This document shows, piece after piece, positions 17,352 through 26,743 of a DNA stretch of 64,000 nt. The notes beneath the pieces were generated by a model. That model saw nothing but the letters and a program-made list of their open reading frames with translations. It was not told the origin of the DNA and did not search any database. The position numbers were made by a program, and so were the translations under genes. The stretch lies in the IMG/VR virus record IMGVR_UViG_3300024269_000002. One strand, written 5' to 3'. This stretch comes from a virus (taxonomy: Duplodnaviria > Heunggongvirae > Uroviricota > Caudoviricetes). Within the stretch, counting starts at the first letter, position 1, and every line of letters begins with the position of its first letter.

Positions 17352-20084
17352 ATGAATGAACATGATGTAAAAAGTCTTGTAAGTGATCTATCTAGCATCG
17401 ATGGAATCTTTGTTTCGGAAACATTTCCTGTTCGAACTAGAAAGTATGCTCAAGGATACCGAGTATATGCAAAATACATCTTTGATGATCAACAGTATGC
17501 ACAGAATCTTGAAACTCTTGTTAAGAATGGTTGTGACAAAAACACTGTTCTTGAGGACCGTGGAGAGTGCGTGAAAAAGTTCATGGACAGTGCTATTCGG
17601 TCAATCATTGATAAATATTCTAACTTGAATATTGCTGTTAACCACAAGCTGTGGGGAATAGCTGGTCATGATGTTTGGGATGAAGTTACATTGACTGTCA
17701 AACCTGCTTCAGGCATTGCAGAGGATCTAGAAACTGAACTCGAAATTCCTGCTCCATACAATCAGTACTACGAGTTTTCTCCCAACGAAGTAAACTTTGA
17801 TGAGTTGCCTGATGCTTTTGATCATTACAAAGATCTGAAAGTTATTGCTGAGTTGTATGCAAAAGAGCAGTATGAAGATGCACTTGCTGATAACTGTCTT
17901 GACTTCTGCTGGCTTGTTGAAGATGAGATTGGTAAGCTGTTGTTAGTCACCACAGCTGGTTTGCGTGTGTATCCGATTACACTTGAAGAGATTCAGAATT
18001 GTGTTGGTGATGGATCCAGTGACAACTACTTTGATTTTGATGAGGGGTACACTGGTGAGCCGTCCTCTACTGAGTACGGTGATGCAGTGTCTCGTTACTT
18101 TAGAGAGATGACTGATGCTATCGAAAAGTACAACATCCGTAAAATCGGTCGTAAGCGTTCTATCGAGTATGATGGTGTTGTTAACGGACACAAGTTCTTC
18201 TTTGTTGAAGGTAATACTGGAACAGGACATTATGCTAAAGAACTTTACATTGATGGTAAAGAAGTAAATCTATATCAATCAAAAGAGTCAGAAAGATCTT
18301 TTGCATATCTGAATGAAATGAATCAGTTTGGTATTCTGTCACTTGTTAAGATGTTAGAGAATGATAATCTTAGCGGAATTGTTTATCGTGATGTTGATAC
18401 TCTTGACGACTATGAAGAGGGTCTGGTTGAAGATGTTGAAATGTCTGATGCTCAGAGACTTGCCCTCCAGGAATTGGATTCCTGTTTAGAATGTGGCGAG
18501 CTTACTGCAGAGAAACATGCTCTTGCTTATCAGATTCAGTGGGATATCAACTTTGAGGATGTACTGCTGTTTATCAACGGTATTGATGCTGATTTGAAAG
18601 ATATCAAACATGTGGAGTACGGCGACTGCGATGAAACAAAATTTGATGGTTGCTACTCTGTAACATTCCACAACGGTGATGTTAAGAATTATGGCTGGCA
18701 CGATTTTGATATGACTGGTTCATTGACCTGCATTGATTGTAATGAAGGTATTCTAAGTGCCATTACTGGGATGACTCCAGTTGGTTTGACTGAAGATGTT
18801 GATGACGGTTGGGAGAAGCCTTTTGACTGGACTGAACGTTATGTTAAAGATGGTTTCGTGATCTACAACAATTATCAAGGCGCTTGGCATCTAGAACAAA
18901 CAAGACCTAAGACCAAGCACTTCGGTAACTACAAAACTCTTGAAGCTGCAAAAGCAGCTGGTGACAAAGAGATTGCTGCAAGAGAGAACAAGAATAGAGG
19001 CAAGAAACCTCAGTTTGGCGTTCATCGTTTCTCTACTGATTCAATCATCTTCAGAGGCACTGAAGCAGAGTGTGGTAAATACATTGACGATAGAGAAGAG
19101 CTGTGGGACGACGCAGAAGTTTACATGATGACTCCTTCTGATCCACATTATCTACAAGAGGGAACTGGCTCTGACACTGCTCATGTTATTCGTGATGTAC
19201 TTACTACTGCATCAAAAGAAGATAAGGATGGTTGGACAAAAACTATTGCTGATATCATTGATGTTATTCCCGACCAATACATTGATGATTTGTATGACAT
19301 TACATCCGAGAAGCTGAAGGATGTTAAAGTCACAGACGCAGAAAAGAAAAAGATTCTTGATGCATCTGGCTCCGACATCGACTTGAATAACGACTTTGAC
19401 ACAGTCGGAAAGATTCTTGCACTGTTCGATGTACAGTCTTGGGATGCAGCAACATTGAAGAAGTTTGTTCTTGTTGTTCTGGGAATTGTGGCTGTTATTG
19501 AACCTACTCCGATTTTAGAAATTGTAACAGCGGTTGTTTCTCTGCTTCCTGCTGATATTGTTAAGACTATTCTTTCCATTACAAACACGATCGGCAATCC
19601 TGTAGGTGCAATCGGCACTATTGCAAACCGTGCTTATCAAAGCAGTAAAAATGAAGATTATGCTCGTGTTGATGCAAAAGACTTTGTAAAACATCCTATG
19701 AACTATGATGTGACTAGTATGCTTGAATTTGAAGTTCAGGATGATGTTAAGGTCTACATTCATAGAGGTCCTGGAAGACAGCGTGAGTTCTACATTATTA
19801 TCGGCGACGCATATGTTCAGCACGCATTCAACAAGCTTGAAACTGTTGAGAAGTATCTCAGAAGAAACAATCTTGTTAAAGAAGTTATCTCAGAAAGTTT
19901 CAAGCCAGGTGATGTTGTTTATGTTACCGTTTGTAACAGACAAGGTCGTGTTCGTAAGATGATTTCTCCTGATGTTGTGGAAGTAGAGCTGCATGACAAC
20001 GGCGTCTATCCCGAAAGAATTGATCGGTACTATGTAGACGAAGTGGAACTACAGTACAGTGATGATCTGGACGATGAGTTCTAA
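17352..20084 (+). CDS. large hypothetical protein (910 aa)
   Basis: Long uninterrupted ORF with RBS; no recognisable motifs. Confidence 0.6.
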   Translation: MNEHDVKSLVSDLSSIDGIFVSETFPVRTRKYAQGYRVYAKYIFDDQQYAQNLETLVKNGCDKNTVLEDRGECVKKFMDSAIRSIIDKYSNLNIAVNHKLWGIAGHDVWDEVTLTVKPASGIAEDLETELEIPAPYNQYYEFSPNEVNFDELPDAFDHYKDLKVIAELYAKEQYEDALADNCLDFCWLVEDEIGKLLLVTTAGLRVYPITLEEIQNCVGDGSSDNYFDFDEGYTGEPSSTEYGDAVSRYFREMTDAIEKYNIRKIGRKRSIEYDGVVNGHKFFFVEGNTGTGHYAKELYIDGKEVNLYQSKESERSFAYLNEMNQFGILSLVKMLENDNLSGIVYRDVDTLDDYEEGLVEDVEMSDAQRLALQELDSCLECGELTAEKHALAYQIQWDINFEDVLLFINGIDADLKDIKHVEYGDCDETKFDGCYSVTFHNGDVKNYGWHDFDMTGSLTCIDCNEGILSAITGMTPVGLTEDVDDGWEKPFDWTERYVKDGFVIYNNYQGAWHLEQTRPKTKHFGNYKTLEAAKAAGDKEIAARENKNRGKKPQFGVHRFSTDSIIFRGTEAECGKYIDDREELWDDAEVYMMTPSDPHYLQEGTGSDTAHVIRDVLTTASKEDKDGWTKTIADIIDVIPDQYIDDLYDITSEKLKDVKVTDAEKKKILDASGSDIDLNNDFDTVGKILALFDVQSWDAATLKKFVLVVLGIVAVIEPTPILEIVTAVVSLLPADIVKTILSITNTIGNPVGAIGTIANRAYQSSKNEDYARVDAKDFVKHPMNYDVTSMLEFEVQDDVKVYIHRGPGRQREFYIIIGDAYVQHAFNKLETVEKYLRRNNLVKEVISESFKPGDVVYVTVCNRQGRVRKMISPDVVEVELHDNGVYPERIDRYYVDEVELQYSDDLDDEF

Positions 20085-20108
20085 GCAATAATATATAACA
20101 GTTATAAT

Positions 20109-20142
20109 GAGCTACTGACTTCGGTTGGTAGCTCATTTTTAT
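20109..20142 (+). terminator. rho-independent terminator
   Basis: gagctac-tgacttcggt-tggtagctc stem followed by ATTTTTAT. Confidence 0.7.
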
Positions 20143-20151
20143 GTTTATTAG

Positions 20152-20180
20152 TTGATTAAACTGTTATGTACATATATAAT
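20152..20180 (+). promoter_or_regulatory. conserved promoter TTGATT-N17-TATAAT with AACTGTT
   Basis: tagTTGATTaAACTGTTatgtacataTATAAT. Confidence 0.6.
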
Positions 20181-20196
20181 ATGTATGTAGTTAGTA

Positions 20197-20448
20197 ATGG
20201 ATTGGAGGTGTATTCCAGTGGACTACGGTAAGATCTATATCGCGACGAAGAACTGGCAGACTGGTACAGATATTCTTGATTACAGTGACGGCACTGCATA
20301 TTTCAATCTCTTTGGTGAGAAGTGCAAGTGCAATCTGTTTGAGCGTGTTGTGTATCATGAAGTAAACGGCGAATGGAAGCCTTATGAGAGGGCAGCCGAG
20401 GTTGTTGACGTTCGTACTCCTGAAATCTCTGTTAAGGGAGGCAAGTAA
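20197..20448 (+). CDS. hypothetical small protein
   Basis: ORF in track; start uncertain (in-frame GTG at 20218 after GGAGG). Confidence 0.45.
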   Translation: MDWRCIPVDYGKIYIATKNWQTGTDILDYSDGTAYFNLFGEKCKCNLFERVVYHEVNGEWKPYERAAEVVDVRTPEISVKGGK

Positions 20449-20454
20449 GTACAT

Positions 20455-20739
20455 ATGAAATCATTGATTCGGAGCATCGTTATCAAGATAGCAGTAGCAG
20501 TTATTCTCTGCACAGTGCTATCATTGGTACTAAGTGCAATCATGCCAACATTCGGCAATGATATTGCAATGGGACAGCTGGAACATGATGATGTAAGTTT
20601 CATGCAGATGGAAATGTGGAACCGAATTCAGAATGGTGTTACAACTGTTCAGTACATTATCACAGTCATTTGTGGTGTCTTAGTCGGCACCGATGTATAC
20701 AAACTTATCAAAACAAGAAAGAAGGAAATTGACAAATGA
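20455..20739 (+). CDS. small two-TM membrane protein (possible partner of the downstream SPFH protein)
   Basis: Two hydrophobic helices; ATGA overlap with the SPFH lipoprotein gene. Confidence 0.5.
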   Translation: MKSLIRSIVIKIAVAVILCTVLSLVLSAIMPTFGNDIAMGQLEHDDVSFMQMEMWNRIQNGVTTVQYIITVICGVLVGTDVYKLIKTRKKEIDK

Positions 20740-21686
20740 AGAAGCATATCAAGAAGTTCTTGCTGCTTGCAGTTCTGGTAGTCCTGGTGTGTTCTCTGGC
20801 TGGTTGTCGTAGACCTTATGACACTCCTGAGTTCGTGACCATTGAAGCATCTCAGACTGCATTCCTGATCCCTCTGGTAGGTGACACTACTGATCAGGGT
20901 GTATTTGAATCTGAAGAGTTGCTGTTGCAGGCAAAGGTTGCAACAAAGGAAATTCAGATTCCGCACCGTTGGGTACAGACTGGACGCAGAGATTATACCG
21001 GTGAGTGGCGTCCGAGTGCAACTTTGATTGTTGTCGAACGTAAGCCTGTATCTCGTTCCTGGGAATCTGGTGAGTCTACTGCAACATCTGCAAACAAAGC
21101 AATCTTCGGCGAGACTTCAGATAACATCGGCATCTATGTTGGTATGAACTGCACTGCAATGATTGAAGAAAAGGATGCAGCAAAGTTCTTGTATCGTTAC
21201 AACAACACGCCTCTGGAAACGATTATCGATACTGACATCAAGAAGATGGTGGAAGATCGTTTCAATATTGAGACAGCAAAGTATACTTCTACAGAGCTCG
21301 GTGCAAAGAAGGGTGACATCATGGAAGCCGTCAAGGAGTATGTTGTCACATATTTCAAGGATTATGGCATCACGATTACTGTGCTTGGTCTGAAGGAGGG
21401 TATCAGTTTTGAAAACCCCGCAATTCAGGAAGCTATTGATGCAAAGTTTGCTTCCGAACAAGAACTGGTAATTCAGCAGAACAAGAATGAGGCAAATCTG
21501 GCTAAGGCAGAAGCAGAGGCGAAGGCAATGATCATGCTGGCAGAAGCTGAGGCAGAAGCTAATCGTCTGCTTGCCGAATCTTTGACTGACGAAATTCTGG
21601 CACAGCTCTACTACGAGAAGTGGGATGGTAAGCTGCCTACTTACTACGGTGGTGGCGATGAAGTTCCTGTAATTCAGGTTCCCTGA
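20736..21686 (+). CDS. SPFH/band-7 domain lipoprotein (prohibitin/HflC-like)
   Basis: Signal peptide plus lipobox (LAGC), then an SPFH C-terminal pattern (...AIQEAIDAKFASEQE...AEAEAKAMIMLAEAEAEANRLLAESLTDEILAQLYYEKWDGKLP). Confidence 0.65.
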   Translation: MKKHIKKFLLLAVLVVLVCSLAGCRRPYDTPEFVTIEASQTAFLIPLVGDTTDQGVFESEELLLQAKVATKEIQIPHRWVQTGRRDYTGEWRPSATLIVVERKPVSRSWESGESTATSANKAIFGETSDNIGIYVGMNCTAMIEEKDAAKFLYRYNNTPLETIIDTDIKKMVEDRFNIETAKYTSTELGAKKGDIMEAVKEYVVTYFKDYGITITVLGLKEGISFENPAIQEAIDAKFASEQELVIQQNKNEANLAKAEAEAKAMIMLAEAEAEANRLLAESLTDEILAQLYYEKWDGKLPTYYGGGDEVPVIQVP

Positions 21687-21702
21687 TAACTAACAATTAA
21701 CA

Positions 21703-21746
21703 ATACTAGCGCAGCCGCATAAAGTGGCTGCGCTAGTATTATTTTT
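21703..21746 (+). terminator. rho-independent terminator
   Basis: 14-bp stem atactagcgcagcc/ggctgcgctagtat followed by a T tract. Confidence 0.8.
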
Positions 21747-21750
21747 ACAG

Positions 21751-21779
21751 TTGAATAAAATATCAAACTACTTTATAAT
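21751..21779 (+). promoter_or_regulatory. conserved promoter TTGAAT-N17-TATAAT
   Basis: acagTTGAATaaaatatcaaactacttTATAAT. Confidence 0.55.
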
Positions 21780-21814
21780 ATATGTATAATAAGAGACTTG
21801 TTGAGGTGAGTTCT

Positions 21815-22009
21815 TTGACTAAACAGCAGTTACAATCAGAGCTCGATCGGATGACTGCAGGCAAGTACAGCCCTTACAGTATCTGTGACTTAACTGACAA
21901 GATTTCTTGGATGTGGAAGTGGCGTAAGATTACTGAAGAGGAAAAGAACTCAATGGTTGAACAAGCCATCAGTATTATGCAGTCTGGTGAGTATTCTGTT
22001 TATCGTTGA
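21815..22009 (+). CDS. hypothetical small protein (start uncertain)
   Basis: The ORF-track ATG at 21782 lies inside the promoter; in-frame TTG at 21815 and ATG at 21854 follow GAGGTGAG. Confidence 0.35.
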   Translation: MTKQQLQSELDRMTAGKYSPYSICDLTDKISWMWKWRKITEEEKNSMVEQAISIMQSGEYSVYR

Positions 22010-22024
22010 ATTGGAGGAACAGTT

Positions 22025-22384
22025 ATGAAGAAGTTTGTTACCCTTGTTGATTTCGGTGTGGAGTTTGGTAAGGCTACTTATGGTCACGGCAGTATGCGTC
22101 TGATGTCCATTGGAACTACCAGCGACGGTTACTATACTTTCCGTTGTCGTGATGATGAGGGCAATGAGAAGGTCTTCAAAGTTTCCTGTTGGGACCAGAC
22201 TGCTCCTGCGCTGATTGATCGTGTTGCTATTCTGGAACATGCAATTCAGTATGGTAAGGATGCCGCCGTTGAGCTATTGAAGTGCTACGGTCCTGACAAC
22301 TATCTGCAGACCAAAGATAACTACAATGATCTTCTGTATCTCCTCACTGGTGGCAAGGAAGGTTCTCCTATGGAGGATTTCTGA
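22025..22384 (+). CDS. hypothetical protein
   Basis: GGAGG RBS. Confidence 0.5.
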   Translation: MKKFVTLVDFGVEFGKATYGHGSMRLMSIGTTSDGYYTFRCRDDEGNEKVFKVSCWDQTAPALIDRVAILEHAIQYGKDAAVELLKCYGPDNYLQTKDNYNDLLYLLTGGKEGSPMEDF

Positions 22385-22590
22385 TGTTAACAATCTTGAA
22401 ACCTTGTCCCTTCTGTAAAGGAAAGGCAAAGCGTAAGCACGGCAAGTACAATCTTCTTGGAGCGTATGGTACTCCAGAACAAGATAGAACTTGGTATGCT
22501 GTTTATTGCACAAAGTGTCACATAAGTCAGTGGCCTAAGACTTATCATTCAAGAGAAGAGTCGGACGCCGCTTGGAATGAACGGAGTTGA
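22384..22590 (+). CDS. zinc-ribbon protein
   Basis: CPFC...CTKC cysteine pairs; ATGA overlaps on both sides. Confidence 0.5.
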   Translation: MLTILKPCPFCKGKAKRKHGKYNLLGAYGTPEQDRTWYAVYCTKCHISQWPKTYHSREESDAAWNERS

Positions 22591-22595
22591 TTTTA

Positions 22596-23260
22596 TGGCA
22601 AATGTTGATAAGATGTATACATATTTGAGAGGTTATCTGATTGGTGCAAACATGACTGAGTCTATCAAGGCTCTGAGTTTTGCTCGACAGCAGCATTCTC
22701 TACAAACTCGTAAGGATGGCACACCTTACATTGTTCATCCACTGTCTATGGCTTGTTATGCTGTAGCCCTTGGTTTGCGTGATGACAACATCATTGCAAC
22801 TATCCTACTTCATGATGTTCCTGAGGACTGTGGTGTTCCTGTTGACTACATTCCCGTTAATAGTGTTATTCGTGACGCTGTTAAGCATATGACGATTACA
22901 AAGTTTGACACCGATGTCGATAAGATTGAAACAAAGTGTCGGTATTTCAATGAACTCCTCGAGAGTAGAGAAGCTCTTATTTGTAAAGCTCTGGATCGGT
23001 ATAACAATCTTTCCGATGCACCGTTGTCTCTTTCTCCCGATGCTGTGGCAAAGAACGTTGCTGAAACCGAAGTACTTCTGCTTCCTGTTTTGAAGTCTGC
23101 AAAAGCGATCTATGCTGATCTTGCCGATGCACTTTTCATCATGAGAACTAATCTTGAGGTCCTCGTCGGTATTTTGAAGCAACAGCACTGGGATCAGTAC
23201 ACTAAGTGGAAGTGCATCTATGAGCGGCAAACTTCCGTTACTTCCTTAAATAAGGAATGA
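22596..23260 (+). CDS. RelA/SpoT-family HD-domain hydrolase (small alarmone hydrolase, SAH)
   Basis: YIVHPLSMACYAVALGL...ATILLHDVPEDCG matches the (p)ppGpp-hydrolase HD motif; about 220 aa single-domain protein. Confidence 0.65.
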
Positions 23261-23270
23261 GGTGAGGTAG

Positions 23271-23504
23271 TTGGAACACTGGGTAAAACGTGTTGGAGAC
23301 AGAGTATTCCTTGTTGGTGAACATGCTGACGACGGCTTGTATGAGATTCTGCGTCGTATTGAACAATTAGAGAATGATTTGGATCTTCAAAAAACTATGT
23401 ATCGCAATCTAGAGCGTAAGTATGAGATTGCTAAACAATGGAACAAATGCACAGAGGAGGAAGTAACTGATGCCTTGTTACAAACTATTCAACAAGTGTC
23501 CTGA
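23271..23504 (+). CDS. hypothetical small protein
   Basis: TTG start after GAGGTGAGG. Confidence 0.45.
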   Translation: MEHWVKRVGDRVFLVGEHADDGLYEILRRIEQLENDLDLQKTMYRNLERKYEIAKQWNKCTEEEVTDALLQTIQQVS

Positions 23505-23700
23505 TACTGCAATCAGGTTACGATTTGCTTGGACACCGTTAAGTGACATGAATGGAAAAACAATCTGGCTACAAAGATACTGGGAGTTTGGAGAGTGGTG
23601 GGAATTCGGCTTCTTTGTCCTTCGTGGTAGCAAGAAACAGTTTCCTACTAAACAGTTGTTCTGGGACTACATCAAATATCGAGTTGCATCGATGTACTAA
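23470..23700 (+). CDS. hypothetical Trp-rich small protein
   Basis: GGAGG RBS 10 nt upstream; overlaps the end of the previous ORF. Confidence 0.4.
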   Translation: MPCYKLFNKCPDTAIRLRFAWTPLSDMNGKTIWLQRYWEFGEWWEFGFFVLRGSKKQFPTKQLFWDYIKYRVASMY

Positions 23701-23715
23701 GGGGGAATACATACT

Positions 23716-24318
23716 ATGGATTGGATGCATAACAAAGCATATTACAGATTTGTCTACATCATGATTAACATCTTTTCTGCGTTGATCACAGTTTCTCCTG
23801 CGATTCTTGTTCTGTTGTTACCTGAAAATCTGCAGTGGATCGCATTTATTCTTATTCCGTTCACTATCAGTCAGATCTTCTTTGTTGCAACTCCTGTTCT
23901 CAGTGTGCTGGAAGCTTACAAGAATGCTTCAAGCAAGAGAGGCCTTATTCATGAAAAAGATATCTATGCTTTGTTCAAGGAAGATGGCACTGCAAAACTT
24001 CATGTTGGTGACATTGATACACTGCCTCGTTATAATGTAGAAATTCCTGAAACGAAAGTTACAATGGTACCGACAGAGGGCTTCTGGATTCAAGACAGTG
24101 AGATCTGGCAGCAGACTGGTGAGCCTACTAAACATTTGCTACCCGTCTGTAACAGTTGCGGTAAAGAGTTAGGAATGAAATTCATGGAAGACTCCACATT
24201 CAAGCATTGTCCTGGATGTGGCAAAAGAATCACACTTGCTCGTATTCCGAATAACTGGTTAGAAGAAATGCAAGCACAAGAAGAGTTAAGAACGAAACTG
24301 AAGGATAAAGCTGAATGA
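23716..24318 (+). CDS. membrane protein with C-terminal zinc ribbon
   Basis: Two N-terminal TM helices; CNSCG...CPGCG. Confidence 0.5.
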   Translation: MDWMHNKAYYRFVYIMINIFSALITVSPAILVLLLPENLQWIAFILIPFTISQIFFVATPVLSVLEAYKNASSKRGLIHEKDIYALFKEDGTAKLHVGDIDTLPRYNVEIPETKVTMVPTEGFWIQDSEIWQQTGEPTKHLLPVCNSCGKELGMKFMEDSTFKHCPGCGKRITLARIPNNWLEEMQAQEELRTKLKDKAE

Positions 24319-24584
24319 CGTATGTACATTACTGGCATTTTCAAAAAGCTTGGTATGTAAGACTTACAGACTGCTCGACTCCAGAAAGAGTCTATTGGCA
24401 CGACAGCGCTAGGATTCAAGAGTTCTGGAATCAACATTATCTTATTGCTGGCTCTGAATGGATGACAGAACGAGAAGTCAGAACTAAGTTGAAAGAAGCT
24501 AATCCTGACTTTATAATAATTAAAGATAAGCCCTTCCATGAGGGAAGACGATGGTTCGGTTACAAAGATGGCTCAAGGAGATAA
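24315..24584 (+). CDS. hypothetical protein
   Basis: ATGA-coupled ORF. Confidence 0.45.
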   Translation: MTYVHYWHFQKAWYVRLTDCSTPERVYWHDSARIQEFWNQHYLIAGSEWMTEREVRTKLKEANPDFIIIKDKPFHEGRRWFGYKDGSRR

Positions 24585-24586
24585 CA

Positions 24587-24916
24587 ATGCCAACTATTCA
24601 TGATTGTGAAAGATGTACTCAAGAATGTCCTCAAAGACAACTTGCAAGAGAGAATGCGGAAAAGCGTATGTATGCAACTCATGAATTTGTTGCACTACAG
24701 AAGGAAATTGAAGCAGGAAATCTAACTTACATTGTACATTCCCACTGGATGTGGAATAAGTATAACGGTGAAGTTAGATGTAGGAACTGCAAAGCTCTTA
24801 TCGGTGTGTGTTTTTCTGAAACATCACTAAACGAACTCAAGAACGAACAACACTACTGTTACAACTGCGGTGCAAGGATGGTGGAGGTAACGAATGCCAG
24901 ATCAACTGATTCGTAA
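24587..24916 (+). CDS. zinc-ribbon protein
   Basis: AAGGAG RBS; CERC...CRNC...CYNCG. Confidence 0.5.
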   Translation: MPTIHDCERCTQECPQRQLARENAEKRMYATHEFVALQKEIEAGNLTYIVHSHWMWNKYNGEVRCRNCKALIGVCFSETSLNELKNEQHYCYNCGARMVEVTNARSTDS

Positions 24917-25253
24917 ATGTGATGCACGCAGAGCGGTACTTAGAGAATGTCCTTCTGCAGCTCATGTAATTGATTCTATCAAAACTGTGGATGCTATGCC
25001 AGTAGTTCATGCACATCTTGTTGAAAGAATTGTAGATCATGAAGTTCCCAGTTACACTGTATTTGAATGCAGTGCTTGTTTTAATAGATGCGACAACTGG
25101 GTAAGATACTGCTCTTACTGTGGAGCAAGATTGGATGGTGAAACAGAATTTGTCAGAACTATTACCACACCCGGATTTTCTCTGGACAATCAGCACAACA
25201 AGAATTATGAGGAGAAGAGCAAAGATGTTAACTCTGAGGAGTACATATGGTAG
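24894..25253 (+). CDS. zinc-ribbon protein
   Basis: CSAC...CSYCG. Confidence 0.45.
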   Translation: MPDQLIRKCDARRAVLRECPSAAHVIDSIKTVDAMPVVHAHLVERIVDHEVPSYTVFECSACFNRCDNWVRYCSYCGARLDGETEFVRTITTPGFSLDNQHNKNYEEKSKDVNSEEYIW

Positions 25254-25447
25254 TCGACGAAAAAACATGTAAGTTCGCAAAGAATCGAGAATGCATAATT
25301 ACTGGTCGTCTATGTATTCATTCTGATCCATATGTGTGCGAGTACATTCATAAAGCATATGAGCAGGGCTACAAAGAGGGTTACAATGCTTGTCAAGCAG
25401 ATGATCTATTTGAGGGATCTGGCATAGGAGGTTTTCATGACTACTGA
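25247..25447 (+). CDS. small Cys-rich protein
   Basis: ORF in track. Confidence 0.4.
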   Translation: MVVDEKTCKFAKNRECIITGRLCIHSDPYVCEYIHKAYEQGYKEGYNACQADDLFEGSGIGGFHDY

Positions 25448-25712
25448 TAATGAGAAGAAGTACAAGAGCATTATTCACAAGCCTCCTGTTAGTATTGATG
25501 ATACTTTGTATTTCATCATCAATGGTGATGTATATAAAGCAACAGTTTGTTTAATTTCGTATACTGAATATAGAAATCACATAGTTACGGAGATTCGTGG
25601 AGAGGTACATCCTTTTCACACTGTTAGCGTTACATGGGATGATTGGAAAATCAAAGTATTCCGTACAGAAGAAGAGGCTTATGCCAAACTGTACAACAAA
25701 TGTGGAGAATGA
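25437..25712 (+). CDS. hypothetical protein
   Basis: ORF in track. Confidence 0.45.
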   Translation: MTTDNEKKYKSIIHKPPVSIDDTLYFIINGDVYKATVCLISYTEYRNHIVTEIRGEVHPFHTVSVTWDDWKIKVFRTEEEAYAKLYNKCGE

Positions 25713-25900
25713 ATATGCCTAAGTATGTACTGCTGGATTGCCTGTGGACTTGTAACACTTGTTTGAATCGTGTTAATGGAATGTGTCGTCCTGATGTTTG
25801 GTGTGAGTGTGGAGAAGCATATCGTCCTGCTTATGATAAGTTAACAATTGTGGAAGGCACTATTGTAAAGGATAAACATGAAGACCATCGACAAGATTAG
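25709..25900 (+). CDS. small Cys-rich protein
   Basis: CLWTCNTC...CRPDVWCEC. Confidence 0.4.
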   Translation: MNMPKYVLLDCLWTCNTCLNRVNGMCRPDVWCECGEAYRPAYDKLTIVEGTIVKDKHEDHRQD

Positions 25901-26069
25901 AAATTACATTAGATCCATTTCTTCAACTGAGGATCAATATAACAAACTGTTAGATAAGATTTGGATAAATCCTGAACAAAGAAACAAGGAGTGTAAACAT
26001 CCCGAACAAGAAACATGTGCTGGATGCCCTCTGAACTATTTCAGAAAGGAATCATATGTTCTGGAATAA
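25878..26069 (+). CDS. small hypothetical protein
   Basis: ORF in track; CKHPEQETCAGC. Confidence 0.4.
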   Translation: MKTIDKIRNYIRSISSTEDQYNKLLDKIWINPEQRNKECKHPEQETCAGCPLNYFRKESYVLE

Positions 26070-26418
26070 ACATAAAAATAGTAACAGTTATTCTACTGTT
26101 ACTGTAAATGGTAAGACAATTCGTGTAAAGGGAAACAACATTGCAATTATCGGTGACAAGATAATTGTTGATGGTAAACCACTCGATGAGTCAATGGATG
26201 CTAAAAACATTACTGTTATAGTTGAAGGTAGTTGTAATCAACTTGACGCTTGTGGTAATGTAGAAGTCCACGGAGATTGCAACTATGTGGATTGCGGCGG
26301 CAACTGCACTATCAGAGGATCTGTCATAGGAGATGTTGATGCGGGTGGCGCTGTTAACTGTGGTGATGTTGGAGGCAGTATTGACGCTGGTGGTACTGTT
26401 TGGTCTTTAAGGAGCTAA
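26056..26418 (+). CDS. beta-helix repeat protein (bactofilin-like?)
   Basis: Tandem G-x-V/I-x-G repeats (GNVEVHGDCNYVDCGGNCTIRGSVIGDVDAGGAVNCGDVGGSIDAGG). Confidence 0.4.
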   Translation: MFWNKHKNSNSYSTVTVNGKTIRVKGNNIAIIGDKIIVDGKPLDESMDAKNITVIVEGSCNQLDACGNVEVHGDCNYVDCGGNCTIRGSVIGDVDAGGAVNCGDVGGSIDAGGTVWSLRS

Positions 26419-26422
26419 AAAT

Positions 26423-26743
26423 ATGAAGCAAACTGAAATGACACTCGATGCAGCTCTTAAGATTGTTGATGAGTTTTGTCCCATCAAAGTTATCTTCAAC
26501 AACTGCATTCTATATAACGACTACGATGATGAAATCCCTCGTGGCAAGGATGTGGATGATACTGTTATGTACGGTGAAACTCAACCTCCTATGAAAGTTA
26601 TTCCGCATCGTCTTTACATGTATCATAGCTATGTTGTAACTACAATCAAAGTTGAAATTGTGCAGCATCATCATAGTATTGTAACTATTACTGGTCACTA
26701 TGATCCGAAGGCTGCTGAAAGAGGTACTGATCATGATAGTTGA
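26423..26743 (+). CDS. hypothetical protein
   Basis: ORF in track with RBS. Confidence 0.45.
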   Translation: MKQTEMTLDAALKIVDEFCPIKVIFNNCILYNDYDDEIPRGKDVDDTVMYGETQPPMKVIPHRLYMYHSYVVTTIKVEIVQHHHSIVTITGHYDPKAAERGTDHDS

